Source: a virus. Taken from it: 64,000 nucleotides of DNA. A model generated the notes under the pieces. The model saw only the letters and a program-made list of their open reading frames with translations, ran no database searches and was not told where the DNA came from. Shown one piece after another: positions 1 to 9,560 of the stretch (the stretch's first letter is position 1; every line of letters begins with the position of its first letter). Position numbers and translations under genes: made by a program. The stretch is from IMG/VR virus record IMGVR_UViG_3300006752_004097, positions 5,607 through 69,606 of that record, one strand, 5' to 3'.

Positions 1-193
1 GACCCGTTAATTCTTTTGTGCGATATCCAAGGCTGTTAAAGTTATATTCTAACTTGTCAGCAGTATTATGATAGTGCCAACCTTCTTTGTTATGCTGTTT
101 ATAATTTTCTTTATCATCACCACAATACCAATGCAGACTCTTACCAGCCTTGCCAGGGAAATATAACAGAGGATGGTCTTTACTGTAATACAT
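1..193 (-). CDS. Partial hypothetical protein running off the window start (MYYSKDHPLLYFPGKAGKSLHWYCG...YNFNSLGYRTKELTG)
   Basis: Manual translation. The ATG at 193 overlaps the stop of the upstream dehydrogenase (TAATG coupling) and the frame is open to position 1. The FNSLGYR motif resembles the N-termini of SGNH-like phage proteins (inference). Confidence 0.6.
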   Translation of the reverse strand, partial: MYYSKDHPLLYFPGKAGKSLHWYCGDDKENYKQHNKEGWHYHNTADKLEYNFNSLGYRTKELTG

Positions 194-1377
194 TATCTTG
201 TGTTTCCGTATTGTATGATAAGATACTTAGAATTCTTTTTCATTGTTCTCCAAGGATCAATAAACACAGTATCCTCAGCGTAATCTAAGTATGGGGTTGG
301 GTGAGCAAGTAAAACTATGCCGCCAAGTTTTGCTTCATGACTTGGCATTTCACTTGCAAGTGGATCGATAGCAATAGTTGTTTTTCCTGCTTCTCTTATA
401 TAATGATCTACAAGTAACGCATAACTTCCATCAACATATGGTACTCCTGGTTTATATGAAATACCATTTAGAAAGATACCGCCGCCATATTTCTTTTGTG
501 TTTCAATAACAAACATTGCAAGGTTCTTTGCTTGTACTTCTCTTGCTGTCATAATGCTATCAAAGATATCATATTTTAAATCTAATTCTTTTGCCATGTA
601 ACGTAATGCAATATTATCTCTTGGGTGGCAACTGCCTCCGTCACCCATACCTGCTGTCATGTACATTGGACTCATAATACGTTGTGTTGAATGTGCAAGT
701 GCATCTGTTACTACATCAACATTAATGTTACCTTGACGTTGTGCAACATCTTGAATCATATTAACAAAACTTAATTTAGTTGAAATAAATGTATTGTAAA
801 ATACTTTAATACATTCGCACTCGTCATATGTTCCTATAACATAGCGTGGATCATTTTCCATAATGCTTTCATAAAATTCTTTTAGTTGTTTTGCATCACC
901 TGTTTCGCTACCATCGTCTGTGCCTATCATTACCATCTCTGGATTAATCATATCCCAACCTACAGTACCCATTGCAATTAAATATGGGTTATATACAAAA
1001 CGTGTATGCGTAACACGTGGTACAAATTCTCTACGTGTTGTACCTGGTATTACTGTACTAATAAGAACAAGCAGTTGATCTTTTGTCATAAACATATCTG
1101 CTTCTTCAAGAACTTCATTTACAATACTATAATCAAAGTCTTTAGGTTCAAGATTACTTGTTGGACGTCTGCCGTCATAGTCAGGGTGGTGTGGTGTTGG
1201 CACTGCAACAAATACAATATCTGCACCAGTTACTGCTTCACACACTGATTCTTTATGCTCAATCAATTCACTATAAAAATTTCCAATGTCATAGCCTTGA
1301 ACTGTATGCCCTTTCTTAACTATTTCCTCTGCACAAGGTATGCCCAATTTACCTACCCCAATAAATCCAATTTTCAT
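193..1377 (-). CDS. UDP-glucose/GDP-mannose dehydrogenase family protein
   Basis: Rossmann GFIGVGKLG, FVAVPTP, STVIPGTT, IKVFYNTF, catalytic GGSCHPRD and GISYKPG. Start moved to MKIGF (1377), which has an AAGGAG Shine-Dalgarno. Confidence 0.9.
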   Translation of the reverse strand: MKIGFIGVGKLGIPCAEEIVKKGHTVQGYDIGNFYSELIEHKESVCEAVTGADIVFVAVPTPHHPDYDGRRPTSNLEPKDFDYSIVNEVLEEADMFMTKDQLLVLISTVIPGTTRREFVPRVTHTRFVYNPYLIAMGTVGWDMINPEMVMIGTDDGSETGDAKQLKEFYESIMENDPRYVIGTYDECECIKVFYNTFISTKLSFVNMIQDVAQRQGNINVDVVTDALAHSTQRIMSPMYMTAGMGDGGSCHPRDNIALRYMAKELDLKYDIFDSIMTAREVQAKNLAMFVIETQKKYGGGIFLNGISYKPGVPYVDGSYALLVDHYIREAGKTTIAIDPLASEMPSHEAKLGGIVLLAHPTPYLDYAEDTVFIDPWRTMKKNSKYLIIQYGNTR

Positions 1378-1481
1378 GATATCTCCTTGTAACCGCACCG
1401 GTGCAGATTTTGGAACCGGCTAAGGCTCCAATCTTCAGACCAATTGCATAAATCAATAGTTTCACTCACACTATTACTTAT
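1378..1481 (-). promoter_or_regulatory. Late-type promoter ATAAGTA (1475-1481) plus structured 5' leader of about 90 nt
   Basis: Hairpin at 1405-1434, palindrome GCACCGGTGC at 1395-1404 and SD at 1383-1388. Confidence 0.45.
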
Positions 1482-1492
1482 TAACTACGCAC

Positions 1493-1499
1493 ATAAATA
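1493..1499 (+). promoter_or_regulatory. Late promoter ATAAATA
   Basis: Variant of the T4 TATAAATA late promoter, 5 nt upstream of ATG 1505. Confidence 0.65.
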
Positions 1500-1504
1500 T
1501 GTGT

Positions 1505-2092
1505 ATGTTTGAAACCGTCAAAGAGTTTGAAAGAAGCATTGCAGACTATTACAATGCACCATTTGCTGTAGCAACGGATAGTTGTACTCATTCTATCGAA
1601 CTTTGCCTACGTTACTTGCAACCCGACCAAGTAAAGATACCTGCAAGAACATATATTAGTATTCCATTTACATTAATGAAGTTAAACATCAAGTGGGAAT
1701 TTGTTGATGCTTCTTGGAAAGAAGAATATGTATTAGGAAACACAAGAATTGTTGACGGTGCTGTTAGTTTCAAAAGTGGTAGTTATTTGCCAGATACTTT
1801 TAAGTGTTTAAGTTTCCAATATAAAAAAATGTTAGGACTTGGACGAGGTGGTGCAATACTTTGTAGCACACAAAATGATTATGATATTTTGAAAGCAATG
1901 GCACATGATGGTAGGACTGACGACAAGCCATGGGGCGAACAAGACATTCAATACATAGGTTATCATTATTACATGACTCCTGAAACTGCGGCACAAGGTA
2001 TTGACTTGTTAAAAACAGTAAAAGAAGAAGAACAAAAAATTTGGAGTAGCGATGACTACCCATACTTGCCTGATATGAAAGTTTTTAAATGA
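1505..2092 (+). CDS. Short DegT/DnrJ/EryC1/StrS-family PLP aminotransferase
   Basis: Motifs ATDSCTHSIEL, PARTYIS, VDGA, SFQYKKML-GRGGAI and GYHYYM. About 195 aa, lacking the usual C-terminal domain. Confidence 0.8.
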   Translation: MFETVKEFERSIADYYNAPFAVATDSCTHSIELCLRYLQPDQVKIPARTYISIPFTLMKLNIKWEFVDASWKEEYVLGNTRIVDGAVSFKSGSYLPDTFKCLSFQYKKMLGLGRGGAILCSTQNDYDILKAMAHDGRTDDKPWGEQDIQYIGYHYYMTPETAAQGIDLLKTVKEEEQKIWSSDDYPYLPDMKVFK

Positions 2093-3057
2093 ATACAAAC
2101 GAATGGGGTCAACTTAGAAAAGTAATAGTTGGAGTTGCAGATCATGCAAAGATCCCGTATGACATTGATATTAGTTTACGCTGTGTAAACTTTGCTGATA
2201 AGTTAGACGAAACAGAAATTATTAAAGGACCTTATCCAAGTAAGGTTATTGAAGAAGCAAATGAAGACTTAGAAACATTTGTAAAATTTTTACAAGCAGA
2301 AAGTGTAGAAGTTGTACGTCCTGAGAAAACAGATTGTAACTACTATAATTATTGTCCAAGAGATAGTGTATTTGTACACGGTGATCTAACACTTGCTACA
2401 CCAATGCCTATACGAGCAAGAAAGGGTGAGTGGAGAGCATTTGCAGATCACTTAACTAATCCTAAAGAAATACGTTGCTTCAATGAAAGTCAATTATACA
2501 ACAAAGACTGTATTGGCAACAAAGATATTTTAGCACTTAATGAATATAGTCCTGCATTTGATGCCGCTAATATTATTCGTGCAAACGATCAACTGCTATA
2601 CTTGGTTAGTAATAGTGCAAACAAGTTAGGTGCAAACTTATTACAAGGGGCTTTAGGTTCTACTGCTAAAGTAAATCTACTGCAAGATGTTTATAGTTAC
2701 ATGCACATTGACAGTACTGTTGCATTTTTGCGTGAAGGTTTATTACTTGTTAATCCAAGTAGAATAAAAGTAAGAGAAGATTTACCTGAGCCATTTAGAA
2801 ATTGGGATATTATATGGTGTCCTGAACCTGTAGACATTGGTCACTTTCCTAAATGGTGTAATGCAAGTACATGGATCAACATGAATTTGTTTAGCGTAAA
2901 TACAAAGTTAGTTGCATTAGAAGAACACCAAGAGGATCTAAGACATCTTCTTGAGCACCACGGAATAGAATGTGCTATGTTACCAATGCGACATCAACGT
3001 ACACTTGGCGGTGGTTTTCACTGCGTAACATTGGATGTAAAAAGAGATGTGGAATAA
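2089..3057 (+). CDS. Amidinotransferase (glycine or inosamine-phosphate amidinotransferase family)
   Basis: NEWGQLRKVIVG, CPRD, FDAAN, MHIDST and GGGFHCVTLD match the Asp-His-Cys catalytic motifs of AGAT/StrB1. Confidence 0.9.
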   Translation: MNTNEWGQLRKVIVGVADHAKIPYDIDISLRCVNFADKLDETEIIKGPYPSKVIEEANEDLETFVKFLQAESVEVVRPEKTDCNYYNYCPRDSVFVHGDLTLATPMPIRARKGEWRAFADHLTNPKEIRCFNESQLYNKDCIGNKDILALNEYSPAFDAANIIRANDQLLYLVSNSANKLGANLLQGALGSTAKVNLLQDVYSYMHIDSTVAFLREGLLLVNPSRIKVREDLPEPFRNWDIIWCPEPVDIGHFPKWCNASTWINMNLFSVNTKLVALEEHQEDLRHLLEHHGIECAMLPMRHQRTLGGGFHCVTLDVKRDVE

Positions 3058-3541
3058 AGGTAAATGCCCTATACTATGGGACGAAGGATACAAATATTTT
3101 AATTACGTTAGACAACCTATTACAGGTGCTGAGTCTGATACATGGCGTGAGCAAGGTTATACACACGAAACTACAACAGGTAAAATGTATGACAGTCGTA
3201 ATCCTATGCCTGACTATGCTGAACAAGTTGCACAATTATTAAACTTAAAAAACTGTGGCTTTGTATTTTATAAAATGGATACATTAGATATTATGCCTAC
3301 CCATGTTGATCATTATAATACATATTGCAAAGTTTTTAATCAGAAACACGAAGATGTAAGACGTGCTATCGTGTTCTTAGAAGATTGGAAACCAGGACAC
3401 TACTTTGAAGTAGATGGTACTGCACTTGTGAATTGGAAAGCAGGTGAGTTTGTTTTATGGCATCCTGAAGTACCACATGCGGCCAGCAACATTGGTATTG
3501 ATCCAAGATACACTTTACAGATTACTGGCACCTACTGGTAA
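3047..3541 (+). CDS. 2OG-Fe(II) oxygenase-like (cupin fold) protein
   Basis: HVD...H(AASN)...R(YTLQIT) facial-triad spacing. Confidence 0.65.
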   Translation: MWNKGKCPILWDEGYKYFNYVRQPITGAESDTWREQGYTHETTTGKMYDSRNPMPDYAEQVAQLLNLKNCGFVFYKMDTLDIMPTHVDHYNTYCKVFNQKHEDVRRAIVFLEDWKPGHYFEVDGTALVNWKAGEFVLWHPEVPHAASNIGIDPRYTLQITGTYW

Positions 3542-4563
3542 TGTTCAAACAAGATATATTCTGGGGTAACTTACCTGTTAAGTCTACCAAGTTAGGCACG
3601 ATGTTTAATGAACTATTTGAACATTGGTTTCCTGAAGAGCCTTTTATTATCTTTACTGGTACAAACAAAATAAACTTTGATAAGTTTCCTCTTACTCCTA
3701 AGATGGCAAAGAAACTTAAAACACTCAGCATATATTTGTACGAGCCGTTAAGTTTATACGAAGTTGGTAAAAAGCATAACAGACAGTTCTTTAGTGAATT
3801 CAAAGGTGGTGAAAAACTTTATGCTGATGAGTTAGATAGTATATTAGTATTCAGTGAAAAACTAAAAGATGTAGAGATTACTGTTTACACTTGTGATTAT
3901 AATGTAAACAAACATATAGACTCTTATCCGTTTAAACTTAAATGCTTTGATATATTTTTACGCAATCAATTTAATGGCGGTGTGCTTACAATTAAAAACA
4001 ACATTGACAAACACTTTATCTGTCCTAATTGGCGTTACAGTTTACACAGACGCTTAATAGTAGAACACCTACAAGACACTCCAGGTTATTATAGTTGGGC
4101 GTTTACTAATCCTCCATTAAGTATTGATACAGAATTACAAAGTGTAGATCCTGCACATAAAAAATGGCCTGAAGGAAACTTAAATGGTCCAGCAGGACTA
4201 TCTAAATACTACGAAAAAAGTTTTTGTGTAGTTGCAAACGAAACACGCTTCTATCAACCAACAGGAAATTTTAGTGAAAAAACTGTTAATGCAATGATAC
4301 ACAAACGCCCGTTTGTTTGCGTTGCTCCGCCTTACACATTAGAATATATTCGTGAGTTAGGATTTAAAACATTCAGTTGGGACGAAAGTTATGATACTGA
4401 AGAAGACCATATCAAACGTATGAATAAGATACGTCACTTGTTAGATAGTATAAAATTAATGAGTATCGAGCAGTGTAAAGATATGCTTATTGAAATGGAC
4501 GATGTGCTAACACACAATCAATTACTTGCGGCTAAGGTTTACAAGAATCATAAAATTCTTTAA
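3541..4563 (+). CDS. Glycosyltransferase-like protein (GT10-like C-terminus)
   Basis: SFCVVANET...FSEKT...KRPFV...ELGFKTF..WDESYD pattern, plus gene context. Confidence 0.5.
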   Translation: MFKQDIFWGNLPVKSTKLGTMFNELFEHWFPEEPFIIFTGTNKINFDKFPLTPKMAKKLKTLSIYLYEPLSLYEVGKKHNRQFFSEFKGGEKLYADELDSILVFSEKLKDVEITVYTCDYNVNKHIDSYPFKLKCFDIFLRNQFNGGVLTIKNNIDKHFICPNWRYSLHRRLIVEHLQDTPGYYSWAFTNPPLSIDTELQSVDPAHKKWPEGNLNGPAGLSKYYEKSFCVVANETRFYQPTGNFSEKTVNAMIHKRPFVCVAPPYTLEYIRELGFKTFSWDESYDTEEDHIKRMNKIRHLLDSIKLMSIEQCKDMLIEMDDVLTHNQLLAAKVYKNHKIL

Positions 4564-5899
4564 GTTCTGGAAACGTTTCAACAAGGTTGCTATTGCTACG
4601 CTTGTCATATTGCGTAAACCAATTGTAAAAAGTTTTACGTCCTATTGCTAACTTCTTATCATCATAGTTAGTTGTACGCATATAGTCTACAACACGTCTA
4701 AAACGCTCATACTCCAACAAACTAAACTTATGGCGGTCACTGTCATCAACGTTGTCTCCGATGTACTGTAGGTGCCTTGTCATGTACGGAATGAACTGTT
4801 CTTTAGGCAATATGTTCATGTCAAACTGTATTGGCTCTTTTAAGTACGGAGTATCAAATCTAATATTTTGCCATTGTATACCTGCATTTGCTCTTGTATA
4901 TTTTTTACGCCATTCAAGTATTTTCTTAAGAAGCAAATCAAAACTTGTTACAGCAAACAAATTAAATGTAATCATAAACGTTACAGGATAACCAAGTTCA
5001 GTTAGATAGTAATCTAAATTCTTTTCCCATAGTTCAATATCTAATCCACGTCTTGTGTATTCTGCTTTAGGTCCCCAAGTGTCTATGCTTGTGTATAGTT
5101 TGAAACTTCTTATGCAGTTCTTTGCTTTAAGTTCTTTTACACGTTCTACAAGTTTGTGTACAAGAGATTCCTTAACACCCATGTTACTGTTTACTTCAAT
5201 TTGTATATGAGGTTTAGGATTTGCTTCAAGTTCATCAAACAAACGCCAAGTACTTTTGTGCATTAAAGGTTCGCCACCAGTAATACGTAAGATGTTTAGT
5301 GTCTTACTAACTTCGGGCCACCACTTCCACCATGCTTCTACATATGGATTAGTTTCTTCTTCATAAAGTTCAAACCAATCAATGTCATTACGGTGTGCTG
5401 ATACATCTGTGTACGGACCTTCTTTTTTAATTTCATTAAAGTATCTACTACTAAATTTAGGGTGACAGTATCCGCATTTAAAATTACATTCATTACTAAA
5501 GTTTACTTCAATGTATTCAGGATTAATATCATAATCCCACGGATTGTTTTTTATCTCTTCGATACGTTTAGGTGTGTATATACTTGTTGTTTTGATATGC
5601 CTATCACTGATGTAGTCTTTACCCATACATTCAATGTTCCAACAATATTGACAACCGCTTGGCTTCTCGCCGGCAAGCATTTGTTTACGTTCTTGTTTCT
5701 TTTGCGGAGTATTATGTAATTGACTTGGATTGTCAATTAAACCTTCAAGTGGTATTTTGTGCGGAGCAGGGTGATAACAACTGTGTGTTTCTCCTGTTTG
5801 CAAATATATTGTTACATGGTGCCATTTAGCCAAGCAGAATGTAGGCGAGATTTTATCTGCCTCTGGCATTATTTTTTTAATTTGTTCTACTTCGCTCAT
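4532..5899 (-). CDS. Radical SAM protein with an additional N-terminal Cys cluster (SPASM/twitch-like)
   Basis: CNFKCGYC (CxxxCxxC), ITGGEPL, and extra FCL, SCYH and CQYC cysteines. Confidence 0.85.
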   Translation of the reverse strand: MSEVEQIKKIMPEADKISPTFCLAKWHHVTIYLQTGETHSCYHPAPHKIPLEGLIDNPSQLHNTPQKKQERKQMLAGEKPSGCQYCWNIECMGKDYISDRHIKTTSIYTPKRIEEIKNNPWDYDINPEYIEVNFSNECNFKCGYCHPKFSSRYFNEIKKEGPYTDVSAHRNDIDWFELYEEETNPYVEAWWKWWPEVSKTLNILRITGGEPLMHKSTWRLFDELEANPKPHIQIEVNSNMGVKESLVHKLVERVKELKAKNCIRSFKLYTSIDTWGPKAEYTRRGLDIELWEKNLDYYLTELGYPVTFMITFNLFAVTSFDLLLKKILEWRKKYTRANAGIQWQNIRFDTPYLKEPIQFDMNILPKEQFIPYMTRHLQYIGDNVDDSDRHKFSLLEYERFRRVVDYMRTTNYDDKKLAIGRKTFYNWFTQYDKRSNSNLVETFPELKEFYDSCKP

Positions 5900-6141
5900 T
5901 GAATCCAGTTATAAATTCCACGCACGGCAAGTACCAAATAAAATAATTCCATTAATGCTCTTGGTGTATCCCCGTCTTTCCAACCCATATAAATCCAGAT
6001 GGCACAACTAAAACATGCAACCACCCAACCTATGGCTTGCCAACTTGGATCACCGCCACTTAAAATAAACGCAGACGCCATAGCAAGGAAAAATCCTAAC
6101 CAACGCCATCCGTTAATATTATGATAGTATCTAATTTTCAT
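5896..6141 (-). CDS. Small membrane protein
   Basis: 81 aa with about three hydrophobic segments, translationally coupled on both sides. Confidence 0.65.
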   Translation of the reverse strand: MKIRYYHNINGWRWLGFFLAMASAFILSGGDPSWQAIGWVVACFSCAIWIYMGWKDGDTPRALMELFYLVLAVRGIYNWIQ

Positions 6142-7031
6142 TTTCTTCTAATCACCCTATCTCCGTTTACGTAAACAAGTTTAAAAAACTTGCTTTGCTC
6201 TTGATCTAATGCTCGTGTACTTATCGGTAAATCAAATGCATTTTGTAAATGTTCTCCAAGATTAAAGATCTCTTCTTCACATTGTTCTTTACTAAATGAG
6301 TCATACAAATCATTCCAGTATTTGTTTAAGTATTCAAAGTCTCTTGTTTGTGTATGGTCCCAATCAGTAAGCATTGTTTTATAACAACCTTCTCTTGCAC
6401 CCATAATGCTCCATAGTCCATTAGGAACATCTGCACCTACTTGCATCCACACCAGTAATCTATGATAATTTTGCCACCATAGTTCACTAAAGTCTTTAAT
6501 AATCTTGCCTTGATCTAAACTCATCTTAACACCTTCACGGAAACCTGCTCTCCATGCTTGTTGAGGTGTTGCACTTATAATACTTGTACTGTAATTTTGA
6601 TTTAACTGATAGTAGTTGTCAAAGTAACAAAACTCAATGCTTGTTTGATCAGTACCGTCTGTGTTTTCATGTGTTTGCATATTCTTAACAAACTCTTTAG
6701 TCCACATTTTTAAACTGCCGTTACCATACATTAGTCCGTTGACGTCAATCTTACCGCACCAACTAAACTGATAGTCATCGTCTATACCTAATTTGTCTAT
6801 GTCTATTACTACATTTAAAAACTCTGGCTTAATAATAGTATCACCATCTACAGTAACAAAGTGTTTTGTTTCGGATAAGTCTGCACAGGCTTTGTGTGCG
6901 GCATCTGAGCCTTCAACTCCATGCACACGCTTTGCCCAAGGTACTTTGCGTTTTAGGTCTGCCCAGTTTTCTTCAGCATTAGGCTCATCATAACTTAAAA
7001 AGATGATATCTTGTTCAGCGATTTTAATCAT
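6138..7031 (-). CDS. GT-A fold glycosyltransferase-like protein
   Basis: IIFLSYDEP start, AHKACA, and FVTVDGD (DxD). Confidence 0.6.
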   Translation of the reverse strand: MIKIAEQDIIFLSYDEPNAEENWADLKRKVPWAKRVHGVEGSDAAHKACADLSETKHFVTVDGDTIIKPEFLNVVIDIDKLGIDDDYQFSWCGKIDVNGLMYGNGSLKMWTKEFVKNMQTHENTDGTDQTSIEFCYFDNYYQLNQNYSTSIISATPQQAWRAGFREGVKMSLDQGKIIKDFSELWWQNYHRLLVWMQVGADVPNGLWSIMGAREGCYKTMLTDWDHTQTRDFEYLNKYWNDLYDSFSKEQCEEEIFNLGEHLQNAFDLPISTRALDQEQSKFFKLVYVNGDRVIRRK

Positions 7032-7587
7032 TTACGACTCCTGTGCTATAACTGTTGAACAACTTATTAGTATATAAGTCGTATTGTGTTATTATAGCAT
7101 CATCTTGGTCAAATTGCAAGTCTAAATTTGTATCTGACAAGTTAAATCTTAATGTTCTATGTAATTTATATGGATCGTTTTTATCTACAACACTAAAGTT
7201 TTTGATTGTTTGTAATGTTACAGTATTTTTCTCTAATGTTTTGGCAAATAATGTACCAAACTGTAGTTGCCATGTTTTAGTTTTGTAGTTTTTAATAATG
7301 TTAATGTCTGCTTCTATATTATTAGGTATCTTGTATATACTATTGTTAACATTATATTCAAAACGTTCTTCTTCATGTATGTTAACAAGTTCATACATAG
7401 TTGACGTTGGATTAAATTGAACTTTGTAGTGTAAAAAGTTTTCTGAGCCGTCTAATAGTCCTGCTACTGCTTTTGTATCTACTTCAATATGCTGTTTAGT
7501 TGGGTACGAAGTAATCGTTAGGACATTGCCTGTCTTAGAATCAAACTCTATATATGTTTGTACTTCATCTTTATGCATATCTGTCAT
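7024..7587 (-). CDS. Hypothetical protein
   Basis: ORF within a coupled operon. The likely start is MTDMHK at 7587. Confidence 0.6.
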   Translation of the reverse strand: MTDMHKDEVQTYIEFDSKTGNVLTITSYPTKQHIEVDTKAVAGLLDGSENFLHYKVQFNPTSTMYELVNIHEEERFEYNVNNSIYKIPNNIEADINIIKNYKTKTWQLQFGTLFAKTLEKNTVTLQTIKNFSVVDKNDPYKLHRTLRFNLSDTNLDLQFDQDDAIITQYDLYTNKLFNSYSTGVVND

Positions 7588-8380
7588 AAAACTTATCCGT
7601 AAAATCTTTTTCAGTGTAATGAAACACTGTATCTTGTAAATGACCACCAACTCTTAATTGTGCTTCATTGTTAACAAAACAACTTACACGATCTTGCCAT
7701 TTCTTTGTTTGTGTTTTCCATGTTTGTGCATACGGTTTCATGTGTACAAAAGTTGGAAACGCTAACGTCTTGTTTGTAACTTTATTTTCTACACCTAACA
7801 TCTTGATAGCAATACTTGTACACACATCTACGCTGGCAACTTTTTGCATACGCTTGGGTGCATACTTTTCGTAACACTCTTCCCAATGTTTCATTGTGTG
7901 TTCTAATGCATGATAAAACTTTTTTGCAAAGTCTGACTTTTTAAAGTAGTGCAATGCAACATAAATGTCTGGTAAGTCGTTTGCTTCAAACATTTTTCTA
8001 TAGTATCTTGTGTGTAACTTACACTGCTTGTAGTCAGTAACATTAGTTGTATAAAATACTTCGTAGTTCTGCATCAGATTCCACCAATTAGATAAGTCAT
8101 GACATACTAACATATCTGTGTCTAATACAAATGTACTGTCATATGGACATGCATGGTATATCTTCCAACGGTTTTGTACTTTCCACTTGTGTTCTTCTGC
8201 TTTATCTTCCCACGGTATAGGTACAATGTCATCGAACAGTTCTTTACGCTCTACATTATCATTAGTAATTAAACAAATTTTACTGTTTGGATTAGTTTTT
8301 CTAATACTCAATGCTAACAATTCTGCTTGACGTATGTAGTTGTGTTCGCTATTTTGTGCAAGGAAAGTAAAATTAGACAT
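7571..8380 (-). CDS. GT8-like glycosyltransferase
   Basis: LALSIR...ICLIT, PYDSTFVLDTDML (DxD) and FVHMK. Confidence 0.65.
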   Translation of the reverse strand: MSNFTFLAQNSEHNYIRQAELLALSIRKTNPNSKICLITNDNVERKELFDDIVPIPWEDKAEEHKWKVQNRWKIYHACPYDSTFVLDTDMLVCHDLSNWWNLMQNYEVFYTTNVTDYKQCKLHTRYYRKMFEANDLPDIYVALHYFKKSDFAKKFYHALEHTMKHWEECYEKYAPKRMQKVASVDVCTSIAIKMLGVENKVTNKTLAFPTFVHMKPYAQTWKTQTKKWQDRVSCFVNNEAQLRVGGHLQDTVFHYTEKDFTDKFYDRYA

Positions 8381-9194
8381 TAGCAATTACCCTTCCTAAA
8401 CTAAACTTATTCATTACATGCAAATTTATACCTTTTGACTTTATTAGTGTATATTCTCCTACACGATCTTGTTTTTCAACAAGCAAAGTTAATTCATCGA
8501 AAAGAATTTTTTGTAATATATCTTTGCCTGTGCTATAAACCATTTTGCCCGGCAGTTCTTTTGTGTAACCCATGATGTTATTTGCAATACTAAATGCAAT
8601 ATCATTTCTAAATACTGTTGTTGTAACTTGATATAGGTTACGATAGTGTTCGTAATTTTTCTTTATGTGTTTTACAAGATCAAAGAAAGCATTATTACGT
8701 TCTGACTTGTCAAATATAATACAAGTTGCCCACCAAAAGTCTATTGATGTTTCACTAATTAATTCAAACTCACTTTTATCACGCCAACCACTGATATCCA
8801 TACTGTCTTTGTACATCATTAGTTCATGTGGTAACTTCATTGCTTGTGCAAGTAAATTATTACTTACAATATAGTCAGTGTCTAATACAAGAGTCCTATC
8901 ATAAGGACTTAGGTCATAACTATCACTTCTATTAAAGTTCTTAAACTCTAATACTTTTTTAGATAAACTTCCGTCTTGATATGTTTTGTGATTTTTGTAT
9001 TCTATAGATGATGAAATAATTTTGTCAAACACTTGTTTTCCGTTGTAAAATTTTACAACACGTTCTACATCATCTGTTACAAGTGTGGTAGGTAAGTTTA
9101 AGTACTTTTTAATTCTTTTTGCAAGGAACCGAGCCTGCGATACGTAATCAACTTGCTCATTATTGAATGCAAATAAAAGTACTCCACTATTCAT
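8373..9194 (-). CDS. GT8-like glycosyltransferase, paralog of the adjacent gene
   Basis: SPYDRTLVLDTDY (DxD), RNDIAFSIA and HVMNK. Confidence 0.65.
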   Translation of the reverse strand: MNSGVLLFAFNNEQVDYVSQARFLAKRIKKYLNLPTTLVTDDVERVVKFYNGKQVFDKIISSSIEYKNHKTYQDGSLSKKVLEFKNFNRSDSYDLSPYDRTLVLDTDYIVSNNLLAQAMKLPHELMMYKDSMDISGWRDKSEFELISETSIDFWWATCIIFDKSERNNAFFDLVKHIKKNYEHYRNLYQVTTTVFRNDIAFSIANNIMGYTKELPGKMVYSTGKDILQKILFDELTLLVEKQDRVGEYTLIKSKGINLHVMNKFSLGRVIANV

Positions 9195-9534
9195 TAACCA
9201 ATCCATCTACAGATCTACTTGTTTCAAGTTTGCTGTAGTCTTTATGGTAGTTGTTTAGTGCAACATAATATTTGTCTGCAATATTATCGTAGAAATCTGA
9301 TATGTCATCAATAAAGATAGGAGTGTCAGTGTCATCGATTAACACAGATGAATCTTGATCAGTTGACTTTAATGTGTAAACATAGTTAATCAACTCTTTG
9401 TTAATTGTAAATTGTCCGCCTGCAAAGAAATACATTGACTCTGTAGCAAACTTTTCTTTCAACATTCTTCTTTGGTTATTAAGAGTCGCGGAATAGTTTC
9501 CAAATTCTAAGGCTTTTGATAGTTTCTCGTCCAT
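9187..9534 (-). CDS. Hypothetical protein, possibly fibre-associated
   Basis: 115-aa ORF with GTAAATA (9540-9546) 5 nt upstream of the ATG. Confidence 0.6.
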   Translation of the reverse strand: MDEKLSKALEFGNYSATLNNQRRMLKEKFATESMYFFAGGQFTINKELINYVYTLKSTDQDSSVLIDDTDTPIFIDDISDFYDNIADKYYVALNNYHKDYSKLETSRSVDGLVNE

Positions 9535-9560
9535 AGTAATATTTACTATGTAATTAGAGA

